Shown here piece by piece: positions 28,479 to 38,340 of a stretch of DNA of 64,000 nt (within the stretch, counting starts at the first letter, position 1; the number at the start of each line of letters is the position of its first letter). The stretch lies in NCBI GenBank assembly GCA_001940855.1, contig MSGS01000059.1, positions 2,245 to 66,244 of the forward strand, in the 5' to 3' direction. Source of the DNA: Christensenellaceae bacterium Phil1 (GTDB lineage: Bacteria > Bacillota > Clostridia > Christensenellales > CAG-138). The notes below the pieces were generated by a model. That model had not been told where the DNA came from. It saw only the letters and a program-made list of their open reading frames with translations, and did no database searches. The translations under genes were made by a program, and so were the position numbers.

Positions 28479-29459
28479 CGTCACTTGCGTCACATCGTCA
28501 CAAACAGGCTAATTGTCTACGTTTTTTGTGTGACGCAAGGTGTGACGATAAATTCTGCGTCACACGGCGGGCTTACGCATGCGGTGAAATTGCGCTTAGG
28601 CGTTGTAGGGGCCGTCATTGGCGGCCCGCCCGTGGCTATATTTTTTACCTCAACCCCTCAGTCAAACCTTCGGTTTGCCAGCTCCCTCGACAGGGAGCCT
28701 TTTGGTGCGCTTTATAAGCTTACATATTAAGCCTGCCCTGAAAGGGGAGGTGGCAATGAGCGTCAGCGAATTGACGGAGGGGTTATAAAGCAGCTTACAG
28801 CTCTTTGTTTATTACAACCCCTCAGTCTCACTTCGTTCGACAGCTCCTCGTAAAGGGGCGCCTTTATGCCGCAGGCATTACATGAGGTCTGAAAGGCCGA
28901 ATCATCTGTTACAGCTGTGCTGTCTTATGTACCGCAGTGACTAAAGATTAACAAAGAAAGGTATATAGAAGTAGTATATAGTGAAGGCGGTAGATACGTT
29001 GCGCTTTCACCTGAGCGTGGTGACACGCCTTAAAGCTGTCCCCGTTTACGGGGAAAGTGGCATGGCGTAGCCATGACGAAAGGGGAACGGTTAAAGTAGC
29101 CAAGCAGTTTTACTATTCCCCCTCAGACAATCCGCCTTACGGCGTATTGCCAGCTCCCTCGACAGGGCGCCTTTTGGTGCGCTTTATAAGCTTACATATT
29201 AAGCCTGCCCTGAAAGGGGAGGTGGATTTTGCGAAGCAAAAGCCGGAGGGGTTGAAAAAAGAAAGAGGCTTCGCTTGTTATCGTCAACCCCTCAGTCACG
29301 TCTTACGCCGTGCCAGTTCCCCGTCCGGGGAGCCTTATGGTGAACGGATTTCACCGCGTACGTAAGCCCGCCGTGTGACGCAGAATTTATCGTCACACCT
29401 TGCGTCACACAAAAAACGTAGACAATTAGCCTGTTTGTGACGATGTGACGCAAGTGACG
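28479..29459. repeat. Composite non-coding element bounded by 112-bp inverted repeats
   Basis: 28479-28590 is the reverse complement of 29348-29459 with two mismatches; each arm has six CGTCAC/GTGACG motifs. Confidence 0.88.
28605..28628 (+). repeat. GTAG-type REP-like palindrome
   Basis: GTAG-GGGCCGTCA-T-TGGCGGCCC-G; second copy inverted at 42168-42191. Confidence 0.65.
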
Positions 29460-29553
29460 CAGATGTATGGGAGGGGGTGGAGCAGCTTAATTGTGCTGTA
29501 TAAAAAGGCTCCCCTTTACGGGGAGCTGTCGAACGAAGTGAGACTGAGGGGGT
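28652..29553. repeat. Cluster 1 of the two-hairpin ~50-bp repeat, eight units in alternating orientation
   Basis: Units at 28652-28699(+), 28731-28784(-), 28816-28862(+), 29035-29085(-), 29118-29171(+), 29203-29253(-), 29286-29334(+), 29507-29553(-); scaffold AACCCCTCmGTC-hairpin-CCAsCTCCCy-loop-rGGGAGCC. Confidence 0.88.
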
Positions 29554-29611
29554 GACGATATAAAAAAAGGGAACGCCAGCGCGTTCCCCTGCAAGCTTAT
29601 TCAGTCTATAC

Positions 29612-30049
29612 TTACTTTATTATGTCTATGGTGCCTATGAGCGGCAGGCGCTTCATTTCGCCCTTGCAAACGCTCACCAGGGCCATTATCCAAAGGACTA
29701 CCTGGAATACCCAGATGAGTATGCCTATAACTATGCCCGCGGTGATGCTGGCAACCACGCTAAGAAGCAGCAGAAGCAGCGCCTGATTGGCCCAGAAGGT
29801 GCCGAACTCGGTCTTGGGGTTGGTCACTATGGGCAGGAAGAACAGAATGGGGAACACAACGGCAAGTATGGCCATTGTTTTGCTGTTGTCGGACTGAACC
29901 GGCTGCTGAGCGGGCTGCTGAGTGGGGTTGGTGTAGTCCGCGTTCTGCCGGACGTTGGATTGGGCGGCTTCGCCGGTGGTCGCGCCGCAGGTGGGGCAGA
30001 ACTTTGCGCCGTCATCGTACTGCGCGCCGCAATTTGTGCAATAAGGCAT
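29612..30049 (-). CDS. Zinc-ribbon domain membrane protein (DUF4870-like)
   Basis: CTNCG...FCPTCG, Q/P linker, FWANQAL, LPLIG. Confidence 0.82.
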   Translation of the reverse strand: MPYCTNCGAQYDDGAKFCPTCGATTGEAAQSNVRQNADYTNPTQQPAQQPVQSDNSKTMAILAVVFPILFFLPIVTNPKTEFGTFWANQALLLLLLSVVASITAGIVIGILIWVFQVVLWIMALVSVCKGEMKRLPLIGTIDIIK

Positions 30050-30146
30050 AGAATAACTCCTTTCAAATTAACCGTAAGTGATGCATTCATATTACCACAA
30101 TCTCCGTGCCTTGTCATCAGCATAAAGCGGCGTGGCGGCAACAATT

Positions 30147-32000
30147 TTATTTATGCTCGCTTATCCATTCGTCCATTATGGGCATGGATATGTTGAAATA
30201 AGTCGGCCCGATGTTAAGATACGTTTCATGGAAGCTGCGAAGGTCGAAGCTTGCGCCGCAAATATCCTCCGCTTCCCTCAGCTTTTGCTGATATATGCTG
30301 TATCCCATGGCGTATTCAAGGAAGTAGAACGGGTTTTCAACGGCGTAGTCGTAATAAACGTCCTTCAGCTCCGTTGCGGCCTCGTCCCCGAAATAGGCGG
30401 AGGTAAGGTCGAACATATCGTCCGCACTCTTGCCGAAGTAGTTCACCTCTATGCTCACTATAGCGGGCAGCAGCAAATTGCCTATCGTGGAGTTCGCGCT
30501 CATGAAGTTGCAGTACGGCGCGCCGAAGCGGGTGTTGTAATTATCGAAGAACACCTCGCCGGACTGGGACCAGCTTTCGTAGTATCCGCCCATGGAAAGC
30601 GCCTGGCGGGTATAGCCGGTTTTGTCTATAAGCGTACGCAGGTACTGGTAATGATAAAGGTGGCCGGGGTAACCCTCGTGCGCAAGGGTGTCAAGGTATC
30701 TGTTGTCGTTTTCAAGCGTTTTGTTGTTTAGTATAATAAGGTTCTCGCTCGCGTCGTCCACCGGCGGAATAAGATATGCCGCGGGGCTGAACTGGTCCTC
30801 CAGCTCGCTGGGGCAGTCCATGAACGTGAGCGTATGCTCCGGCAGCTCCGGATAGTAATCCGCCATCAGCTCTTTAAGGTACTCTATGTTTTCCTCCGTC
30901 GTGCCGACGCTCAGCTCCACCGTGTCGTACTTATCGAACACGGCTGCGTCCTTCTTGGCGGCGTCAAAAAGCTTGCTCAACTGCGCGTTAAGCTCGTCAT
31001 AAAGTATTTCCAGCGCTTCCTCGGGCGTTATGTCCGCACAGGCGTTGTATTTAAGCTCCGTTGCGAAGAAGGCCTTGCCCTCCTCGCCGTATGTATAGAG
31101 CGCGCCGTCGGTGGTCGCCGTGCCGCGCAGCGCCTCAAGCCCATCGTAAAGCACCTGATAGGAATCGATAAGCGCGTTCACAAGCTCCGCATTCCTTGCG
31201 CTGTATGCGGCGCGTTCCTCGTCGCTCAGCTCGTCTATATCGGCTATGAATTCATCAAACGTGGCGAATAGGAAGCACGTCTCCCGCGCATCAATGAATG
31301 CCTTTATCTGCTCAAGCACCTTGTCAAGGGCGTTATCCCGCATGAATTTGCCGTCCGCGGACTTCTCCTGCTCAAATGCCAAAACCTGCCCAACGTAGCG
31401 CGGCGTATCCGCAAGCAGCGTAAGGTAATTCTCCACATCCGCCTTGGTGTGCATATCATAGAACACCAAATTGAGCGGCAGATTGGAATGCAGCCCCACA
31501 AAGGTGTCCAGCACCTCGTTATAATAGTAATACTGATTACCTTCTATGCCTTGCTCAAGGAACTGAACAAGAGTATCGTAGGTTATCCTTGAATCATCGG
31601 AGAGAGCATTGCGGTCTATTGCGTAAAGCTCCTCAAGCCACGCTATGTTCTCTTCGTTGCTCGCTTCCTGCTCGGCATAGGTGAATTCGCCCCAGCCGGT
31701 CGGGTAATCCGTTATAAGGGGAAAATTCTCCGGATGCGCAACGGTAAGATGAAAGCTCAGCGCGTCGCTCACAACGCTTTCTGCAAACATTCTCTCGTCC
31801 AGCTCTTTAAGCGCGGCCTCGGCCTCCGCCCGGGCTGTGTCCTCAGTGGGTTCGGGTTCGGGAGTGGGGGCAGAGGCTGCCGCGGGCGCCTCGGTAGCTA
31901 TGGGCGCAGCCGTATCCTTTGGCGCGGCGGAGCAGCCCAGCAGGCTGAGCGCAAGCAGCAGACTCAGCGCAAAACTCATCGGCTTTATTATGGATTTCAT
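30147..32000 (-). CDS. DUF885 family lipoprotein (putative metallopeptidase-like)
   Basis: Lipobox LLGC, SPAAYL.PP.D, LAHEGYPGHLY, FDLRSFH. Confidence 0.85.
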   Translation of the reverse strand: MKSIIKPMSFALSLLLALSLLGCSAAPKDTAAPIATEAPAAASAPTPEPEPTEDTARAEAEAALKELDERMFAESVVSDALSFHLTVAHPENFPLITDYPTGWGEFTYAEQEASNEENIAWLEELYAIDRNALSDDSRITYDTLVQFLEQGIEGNQYYYYNEVLDTFVGLHSNLPLNLVFYDMHTKADVENYLTLLADTPRYVGQVLAFEQEKSADGKFMRDNALDKVLEQIKAFIDARETCFLFATFDEFIADIDELSDEERAAYSARNAELVNALIDSYQVLYDGLEALRGTATTDGALYTYGEEGKAFFATELKYNACADITPEEALEILYDELNAQLSKLFDAAKKDAAVFDKYDTVELSVGTTEENIEYLKELMADYYPELPEHTLTFMDCPSELEDQFSPAAYLIPPVDDASENLIILNNKTLENDNRYLDTLAHEGYPGHLYHYQYLRTLIDKTGYTRQALSMGGYYESWSQSGEVFFDNYNTRFGAPYCNFMSANSTIGNLLLPAIVSIEVNYFGKSADDMFDLTSAYFGDEAATELKDVYYDYAVENPFYFLEYAMGYSIYQQKLREAEDICGASFDLRSFHETYLNIGPTYFNISMPIMDEWISEHK

Positions 32001-32111
32001 AAATAAATATATCCTTTCTCGGCTATATATAAATTTATGCATATACACTACCACATAAAGCCGCATTTCTCAATAAAAATATAAGGGAGCATATCAGCTC
32101 CCTTGGTATTT

Positions 32112-32918
32112 TCAGCCTTTGCTTACCGGTATAAGCAGGGTTTCCCCAACGAATATAAGATCCGGATCCTCGCGCGGGTTAAGCCGCAGCAACTCTTCAA
32201 CCGTTGTGTTGAACCGGCGGGCTATGGACGAAAGCGTGTCCCCGCGGCGCACAACGTATGTCATCAGCTCTCCGCTAAGATACGGCTTCAGCAGCGCCCA
32301 TGTGCGCGGCCCAGCAATGCCGTCTGCCGTGATGCGGTTGGCCCGCTGGAACGCAGTTACCGCGTTGAACGTGCGGCTGCCGAATATACCGTCCGCCTGC
32401 CCGGGGGAGAAGCCCGCGCTTGTCAGCGCCGTTTGCAGTATGGTAACAAGCATGCCCCTGTCCCCGCGCCGCAAATATACGTCGCCGTAATCTATATACG
32501 GGGCTATGGCAAGCCACGTCGCCCTGTCCGCAACGCCTGTCTGCGCAAGCATTGCGCTCCGCTGGAACGCGCGCAGGGCGGCCTGGGTCTTTGTGCCGAA
32601 AAGGCCGTCTATGCGCCCGGGGCTGTTGCCGGAAGCCTCCAGCGCCTCCTGCAGGCGCCTTACCATTGCGCCGCGGCTGCCGCGCCTTAGCACATCCGGG
32701 TCGCTTTCCAGCGCAAACGGCTCAAGAAACTGCCACGTTACCGGGCCTATTATGCCGCCCTGCGTTGCGCCAAGCACCCGCTGGAACTGCATCACCGCGC
32801 GCTCTGTTGCCGCGCCGAATACTCCGTTTGCCGCGCCCGGGTCGTAGCCCGCGCGTATAAGGGCGGTTTGGGCCGTGCGCACGTCGCTGCCCGTATCGCC
32901 ACGCTGTAATATCCTCAT
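32112..32918 (-). CDS. Protein with three peptidoglycan-binding domains and a C-terminal LysM
   Basis: Three LxRGxxG..V..LQ.AL..G..PG..DG.FG..T..A...FQ repeats, then YVVRRGDTLSSIARRF. Confidence 0.9.
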   Translation of the reverse strand: MRILQRGDTGSDVRTAQTALIRAGYDPGAANGVFGAATERAVMQFQRVLGATQGGIIGPVTWQFLEPFALESDPDVLRRGSRGAMVRRLQEALEASGNSPGRIDGLFGTKTQAALRAFQRSAMLAQTGVADRATWLAIAPYIDYGDVYLRRGDRGMLVTILQTALTSAGFSPGQADGIFGSRTFNAVTAFQRANRITADGIAGPRTWALLKPYLSGELMTYVVRRGDTLSSIARRFNTTVEELLRLNPREDPDLIFVGETLLIPVSKG

Positions 32919-33136
32919 TGTTTTGCACCTCGCTCATTTTGCTCTTGGCGCATTTATAGCGCCTTATATTGCTACCATATGCCGCATCGCGCCCTCGTGT
33001 GCGCGGCAGGCACGTTTTTTTTCACATTATTGCTCATATTGAGCATTTGAACATATGCCCAAAGTGTGATATGATAACTAAGATTATTAAATTGGTACGA
33101 TATGCCCTTTATCAAGCGGCATGTCAGGAGGACAAA

Positions 33137-35143
33137 TTGGGTAAAAAGCTGAGAACTCCGCTTATCTATTTGGCCATAGTGGTGCTGATGATTGTTCTGC
33201 TTACGCAGCTTCAAAACGGCGGCACGGACGATAAGAAAATCGAATATGCTGATTTTCTTGCCATGGCAAAGGAAGGCACGGTGGAGGCCGTTGAATACTG
33301 CAACGGCGAAATAGTTGGCATTAAAAAAGGCTCTGCGTATAAGGATCTGTTCCCCAAGAAGTATGACTTTATCTGCAACGTATCCAACGAAAATGCGTTC
33401 CGATCGGATATGGCGGCCATAGTTGCAGACGCCAAGGGCATAGATGCGGACAAGGTAACGCCGGAGGATTATCCGTTTACATATACATATAATCCCCCGC
33501 CGGAGCCTTCCATATTGGAATACATACTGCCTTACCTTATAATGCTTGTCATAATCGTCGTGTTCTACGTCGTGGTATTCCGCGCGCAGGGCGGCGGCAA
33601 CAAGATGATGAGCTTCGGCAAGGCGCATGCGCGCACCCAGATGGACCCCAACAACCGCGTTACGTTCGATGATGTTGCCGGCGCGGACGAGGAAAAGGAA
33701 GAGCTGAAGGAAGTTGTTGAATTCATGCGCGCGCCCAAGCGGTTCACCGAGATGGGCGCAAGGATACCCAAGGGCGTGCTGCTCGTTGGCCCTCCGGGTA
33801 CGGGTAAAACGCTGCTTGCAAAGGCCGTTGCCGGCGAAGCGAAGGTTCCCTTCTTCTCAATATCCGGTTCAGATTTTGTTGAAATGTTCGTAGGCGTTGG
33901 CGCAAGCAGGGTGAGGGATCTTTTCACCACCGCAAAGAAGTGCGCCCCCGCGGTTGTGTTCATAGACGAAATAGACGCCGTGGGCCGCCAGCGCGGCGCG
34001 GGTCTTGGCGGCGGGCATGACGAACGCGAGCAGACGCTTAACCAGCTCCTTGTTGAGATGGACGGCTTTGCCGTGAACGAAGGCATAATAGTTATCGCCG
34101 CCACCAACCGCCCTGATATACTTGACCCCGCGCTTCTGCGCCCGGGCAGGTTCGATAGGCAGATAACCGTAAATTATCCGGACGTTAAGGGACGCGAGGC
34201 CATATTGAAGGTGCATGCCAAGGGCAAGCCGCTGGCCAAGGAAGTCAGCCTTGAGGTGCTGGCAAAGCGCACGCCGGGCTTCACGGGTGCGGATCTTGAA
34301 AACGTGCTGAACGAGGCCGCGATACTTGCCGCAAGGTATAAGAAAAAGGAAATCGGCATGACGGAGCTGGAGGAGGCCATAACTCGCACCGTGGTCGGCC
34401 CCGAAAAGCGCAGCCATGTTATAACGCCCGAGGATAAGCGGATAACCGCGTATCACGAGGCCGGCCACGCCGTTGTGGCGCGCGTGCTGCCCAACTGCGA
34501 CCCGGTGCACGAAATAAGCGTTATTCCGCGCGGCAGGGCGGCCGGCTACACCATGACCATGCCGGAGGACGATCGCGACCATATGTCCCGCGGAAAGATA
34601 CTGGACGAAATCGCCATGGCGCTTGGCGGCAGGGTTGCCGAAAGCATATTCTTAGACGATATATGCACCGGCGCATACAGCGACCTTCAGAAGGCCACGG
34701 AGCTTGCGCGCAGGATGGTTGTTGAATTCGGCATGAGCGACGAAATAGGCCCTGTGTTCCTTGGCGGGCAGACAGAGGTTTTCATTGCCAAGGATTGGGG
34801 ACACCAGCGCAACTTCTCCGAAGAAGTAGCCGCGCGCGTGGATAAGGAGATTCGCCGCATACTGGAAGAACAGTACGACCGGGCAAAGACCGTGCTGACA
34901 GAGCACCGCGACGCCATGGAGCGCATAGTAAAGGCGCTGATAGAATACGAGCACATTGACGGCGACGATTTTGAAAAGCTGTTCAAGGGCGAGGACGTGG
35001 AGCTTGAAACGTTCGGCGACAGGCGCGCCCGCATAGAGAAGGCGGATGAAGAAGTGCTGGCTAAGGAAAAGGCGGAAGCCGAGGCCAAGGCCGCTGCCGA
35101 AGCGCGGGAACAGAGCGCGGACGGCGAAGGCGAAAACAAATAA
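33137..35143 (+). CDS. ftsH: ATP-dependent zinc metalloprotease FtsH
   Basis: TTG start after AGGAGG; [27 protein letters not shown]. Confidence 0.97.
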   Translation: MGKKLRTPLIYLAIVVLMIVLLTQLQNGGTDDKKIEYADFLAMAKEGTVEAVEYCNGEIVGIKKGSAYKDLFPKKYDFICNVSNENAFRSDMAAIVADAKGIDADKVTPEDYPFTYTYNPPPEPSILEYILPYLIMLVIIVVFYVVVFRAQGGGNKMMSFGKAHARTQMDPNNRVTFDDVAGADEEKEELKEVVEFMRAPKRFTEMGARIPKGVLLVGPPGTGKTLLAKAVAGEAKVPFFSISGSDFVEMFVGVGASRVRDLFTTAKKCAPAVVFIDEIDAVGRQRGAGLGGGHDEREQTLNQLLVEMDGFAVNEGIIVIAATNRPDILDPALLRPGRFDRQITVNYPDVKGREAILKVHAKGKPLAKEVSLEVLAKRTPGFTGADLENVLNEAAILAARYKKKEIGMTELEEAITRTVVGPEKRSHVITPEDKRITAYHEAGHAVVARVLPNCDPVHEISVIPRGRAAGYTMTMPEDDRDHMSRGKILDEIAMALGGRVAESIFLDDICTGAYSDLQKATELARRMVVEFGMSDEIGPVFLGGQTEVFIAKDWGHQRNFSEEVAARVDKEIRRILEEQYDRAKTVLTEHRDAMERIVKALIEYEHIDGDDFEKLFKGEDVELETFGDRRARIEKADEEVLAKEKAEAEAKAAAEAREQSADGEGENK

Positions 35144-35208
35144 GCTATAACATAATGCGCATGAAGCGGCCCTTACGGCCGCTTCTGTTGCGCAAAGGAT
35201 GGGCAAAC

Positions 35209-35997
35209 ATGCAGCGATTTTGCGAAAAAGAGGCGCGTAAGCTGAATAAGCTGAAATATATATTGTTCGACGTGGACGATACCGTAACAAATGGCGGCAA
35301 GCTGACAGGCGAAGCCTTTACCGCCATGTGGAAGCTGAAGGAACACGGGTTTAAGCTTATCCCCGTAACGGGCAGGCCCGCGGGCTGGTGCGATATGATG
35401 CTGCGCCAATGGCCCGTGCAGGCCGTTATATGCGAAAACGGCGCGTTTGTATATGACTATGATGAGCATAACGCCGTGCGCATGATACGCCACCCGCTTG
35501 CCGCGACAGAGCCAAATAAGCTGCTTGAGCCGGTCAAGGCCGCGGTGCTGAAGGCGTTCCCCAAAGTGCGCATGGCGCATGACCAGTTCGCAAGGATATA
35601 CGATGCCGCGTTTGACTTTGCGGAGGATGAACCAAAACTCCCGCTTGAAACGGCATACGCCGTGGCAAAGCTTTGCCGCGATATGGGTGCGGAGGCCAAG
35701 GTGAGCAGCATACACGTAAACGCATGGTTCGGCGCGTATTCAAAGGCGGACATGGCGGCGATATATCTTAAAGACTATTGCCATGCGGACGACGCAGAGA
35801 ACGAAGCTATGTTCTTCGGCGATTCGCCCAACGATGAACCCATGTTTGCGGCGTTCCCGCTGAGCTGCGGCGTGGCGAACATTGCTCCGTTTGCGGACAG
35901 AATGGCGCATTTGCCCGCATATATACTGGATGGCGAGGGCGGCTACGGCTTTGCCGAAGCGGCGGATATAATATGCAAAAGCACACAATGCGGTTGA
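35209..35997 (+). CDS. HAD-superfamily hydrolase, subfamily IIB
   Basis: FDVDDT, VTGR, ENG, GDSPND. Confidence 0.88.
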   Translation: MQRFCEKEARKLNKLKYILFDVDDTVTNGGKLTGEAFTAMWKLKEHGFKLIPVTGRPAGWCDMMLRQWPVQAVICENGAFVYDYDEHNAVRMIRHPLAATEPNKLLEPVKAAVLKAFPKVRMAHDQFARIYDAAFDFAEDEPKLPLETAYAVAKLCRDMGAEAKVSSIHVNAWFGAYSKADMAAIYLKDYCHADDAENEAMFFGDSPNDEPMFAAFPLSCGVANIAPFADRMAHLPAYILDGEGGYGFAEAADIICKSTQCG

Positions 35998-36057
35998 TTT
36001 TATCAATGCTGATAGATTAAAATATATGTAAGCAAAACGGAGGTACACGCTTAGTTT

Positions 36058-36948
36058 ATGGATTTCAAACCGATAGATATATCGATGAAGCAAATGGTTG
36101 AGCATTACACGGCAAAATGGAAGCTGGAATGCTCGGAATACACCTTTTCAAATCTGCTCATGTGGGGCTGCGGCGGGAACATAATGCTTGCGGAGGATGA
36201 GCAGGCGCTCTATATACTGCTGCATTGGGGCAATGAACGCTTCATGTTCGCCCCGCTTACGGTTGAGCCCGAGTCTGAGTATTATCAAACCGCGCTCGAT
36301 AAGGCGGCGGAATACATGAGCACGCACGGCATAGATCCTATCTTCAAGGGCATATCCGGCCCCATAAAGGCTGCGTTTGAGCGCTGCACAGGCTATGAAC
36401 TGATAGATGACCGCAACAACAGCGACTATGTTTACACAATGGAAAGCCTTAGAGACTTAGCCGGCAAAAGGCTGCACGCCAAGCGCAACCATATACACCA
36501 GTTCATGGCGCAGTACGGCGAACGGTACGAATACGTTAAAATAACCGGCGATATGATGGGCGAATGCGTTGACGTATACAATGAATGGCTCAGCGAAAAA
36601 TCTCCCGACGAAACGGACAACATGGAGCTGTGTGCGATCAAAACGCTGCTCATGCACATGGACATGCTGGGCATACGCGGCGGCGGCATAAGAATAGACG
36701 GCAAGCTTGCGGCGTTTACGCTGGGGCAGAAGATGGACGATAACATGGCCGTTGTGCACATTGAAAAGGCCGATAACGAGATAATGGGCCTTTACACGGT
36801 CATAAACAATCAATTTGTGCAGCATGAATTGACGGACGTTAAGTTCATAAACCGCGAGGAGGACATGGGCATGGAAGGGCTCAGGAAGGCCAAGCTGTCC
36901 TATTATCCGGCATATATGATAGATAAGTTCGACGGGAGACCCATTTGA
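36058..36948 (+). CDS. DUF2156 / aminoacyl-phosphatidylglycerol transferase-like domain protein
   Basis: DYVY..L.GK..H.KRNH, VHIEKA, INREEDMG.EGLRKAK.SY.P. Confidence 0.88.
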   Translation: MDFKPIDISMKQMVEHYTAKWKLECSEYTFSNLLMWGCGGNIMLAEDEQALYILLHWGNERFMFAPLTVEPESEYYQTALDKAAEYMSTHGIDPIFKGISGPIKAAFERCTGYELIDDRNNSDYVYTMESLRDLAGKRLHAKRNHIHQFMAQYGERYEYVKITGDMMGECVDVYNEWLSEKSPDETDNMELCAIKTLLMHMDMLGIRGGGIRIDGKLAAFTLGQKMDDNMAVVHIEKADNEIMGLYTVINNQFVQHELTDVKFINREEDMGMEGLRKAKLSYYPAYMIDKFDGRPI

Positions 36949-37823
36949 TGGAACTGACTATAAGGCACATTGGTGCGGATGAATACGGCGAAGCAAAGCG
37001 AGTGTGGAACATATGCTTTCCGGAGGATGCCTCGGGCTACAGCGATTATTATTTTGCCCGCCGCACAATGGCGGAATATGTGCTGGCGGCGTTTTACGAA
37101 GGCAAAATGATAGCCGCGCTGCACGCGATACCTTACCCCATAATGCTGGGCGGTGGAACGAAAAACTGCGTAATGATAGCGGGCGTTGCAACGCTGCCCG
37201 AATACAGGCACCATATGGCAGCGGCGCGGCTTATAACGGCCTGCCATGCGGAGCAGAAGCAGAAGGGTACCGCGGCGGCGATATTAAAGCCGGACGTGAA
37301 TTTCTATGCGCAGTTTGGGTATATTCCCTTTGCGTGGCATGATGAATACCGCCTGCCGTGGATAGATGCCGGCATACCCGCGCCAATACACGAGACAACG
37401 GCGGAGGAGATGCTGAAGATATATTCCGCATTCAGCGCGGATTATATAGGCATGATGGCGCGCACGGAGCAGGACATGGAGATTTATCTTGAGGGAGCGC
37501 GCAGATTGGGAGAATACGCATATTCGGACGGCAAGGCGTATGCATTGCTTAACGAAACGGACTACGGCGCGGATATATACGAGCTTGCGGGCGCGGACAC
37601 GGCGGGGCTTTTAAGCTCCCTTGCGGAGGAGTTCGGCGCGCTTACGTTCAGGCTGCCGCGGGACACAATACCAAGCCTTCCAGCCATGCGCACGGGGGAA
37701 ATTATGTTTTCCATGATATGCCCGCTAAATGAAGATATATTGCTTGAAAACACGGGCGCGCAAACCACCGAGGAGCTTGCATCGGGCGAATACGGGCGCG
37801 TATGCACGCTTGAATTCTGCTGA
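36945..37823 (+). CDS. GNAT acetyltransferase (Eis-like N-terminus)
   Basis: IAGVATLPEYR, FYAQFGY. Confidence 0.82.
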   Translation: MMELTIRHIGADEYGEAKRVWNICFPEDASGYSDYYFARRTMAEYVLAAFYEGKMIAALHAIPYPIMLGGGTKNCVMIAGVATLPEYRHHMAAARLITACHAEQKQKGTAAAILKPDVNFYAQFGYIPFAWHDEYRLPWIDAGIPAPIHETTAEEMLKIYSAFSADYIGMMARTEQDMEIYLEGARRLGEYAYSDGKAYALLNETDYGADIYELAGADTAGLLSSLAEEFGALTFRLPRDTIPSLPAMRTGEIMFSMICPLNEDILLENTGAQTTEELASGEYGRVCTLEFC

Positions 37824-37972
37824 AGCGTTTGTGACTTTTTGGGGGAGTATGCAACGTTCTTCTTGACGCGGAGGGACTTTGTATTATATAGTAAAAGGGC
37901 GGCGGAACGCCCGCCGTTAGTTTATGGCAGCCAATGCGGCTGAATATGTTGAAAAAAGGAAGGTTTACAATT

Positions 37973-38308
37973 ATGCCTCAAGGCGGAAGCGATTTTTTGT
38001 CCTCTCTCGGTTCGTTCTTCTCCGGAAGCGGTATGCTCATCATAATGATGATAGTGCTGCTGCTGGTTATGATCATACCCCAGCGCAAGCGCGATAAGAA
38101 AATAAAGGATATGCTCGCCTCCATTAAGGTTGGCGATCGTGTGCGCACCATCGGCGGCATATACGGCACCGTTACCAACATTAAGGACGACATCATCACC
38201 ATCTCCGTCGGCCCGGACAAGGCCCGCCTTGTTTTCGCCCGCGGCGCCATTGCCAACGTTGAAGATGTTGCCGTGGAAAACACCATGGAAGAATCCAACA
38301 GCAAATAA
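37973..38308 (+). CDS. yajC: Preprotein translocase subunit YajC
   Basis: TM helix then PQRKR, GDRVRTIGGIYG. Confidence 0.92.
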   Translation: MPQGGSDFLSSLGSFFSGSGMLIIMMIVLLLVMIIPQRKRDKKIKDMLASIKVGDRVRTIGGIYGTVTNIKDDIITISVGPDKARLVFARGAIANVEDVAVENTMEESNSK

Positions 38309-38340
38309 GCAACGCTTAATTTAAGCAAAAAAAGGGCTGC

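Noticed and set aside
28365-29365. Short ORFs of 121, 63 and 102 aa in the repeat region
   Set aside because: Translations of non-coding repeats with no protein-like features; the same applies to ORFs at 41684-42154
28652-29553. Intergenic repeat cluster as CRISPR or an IS element
   Set aside because: Units alternate in orientation, linkers are themselves repeated, and there is no transposase or cas gene
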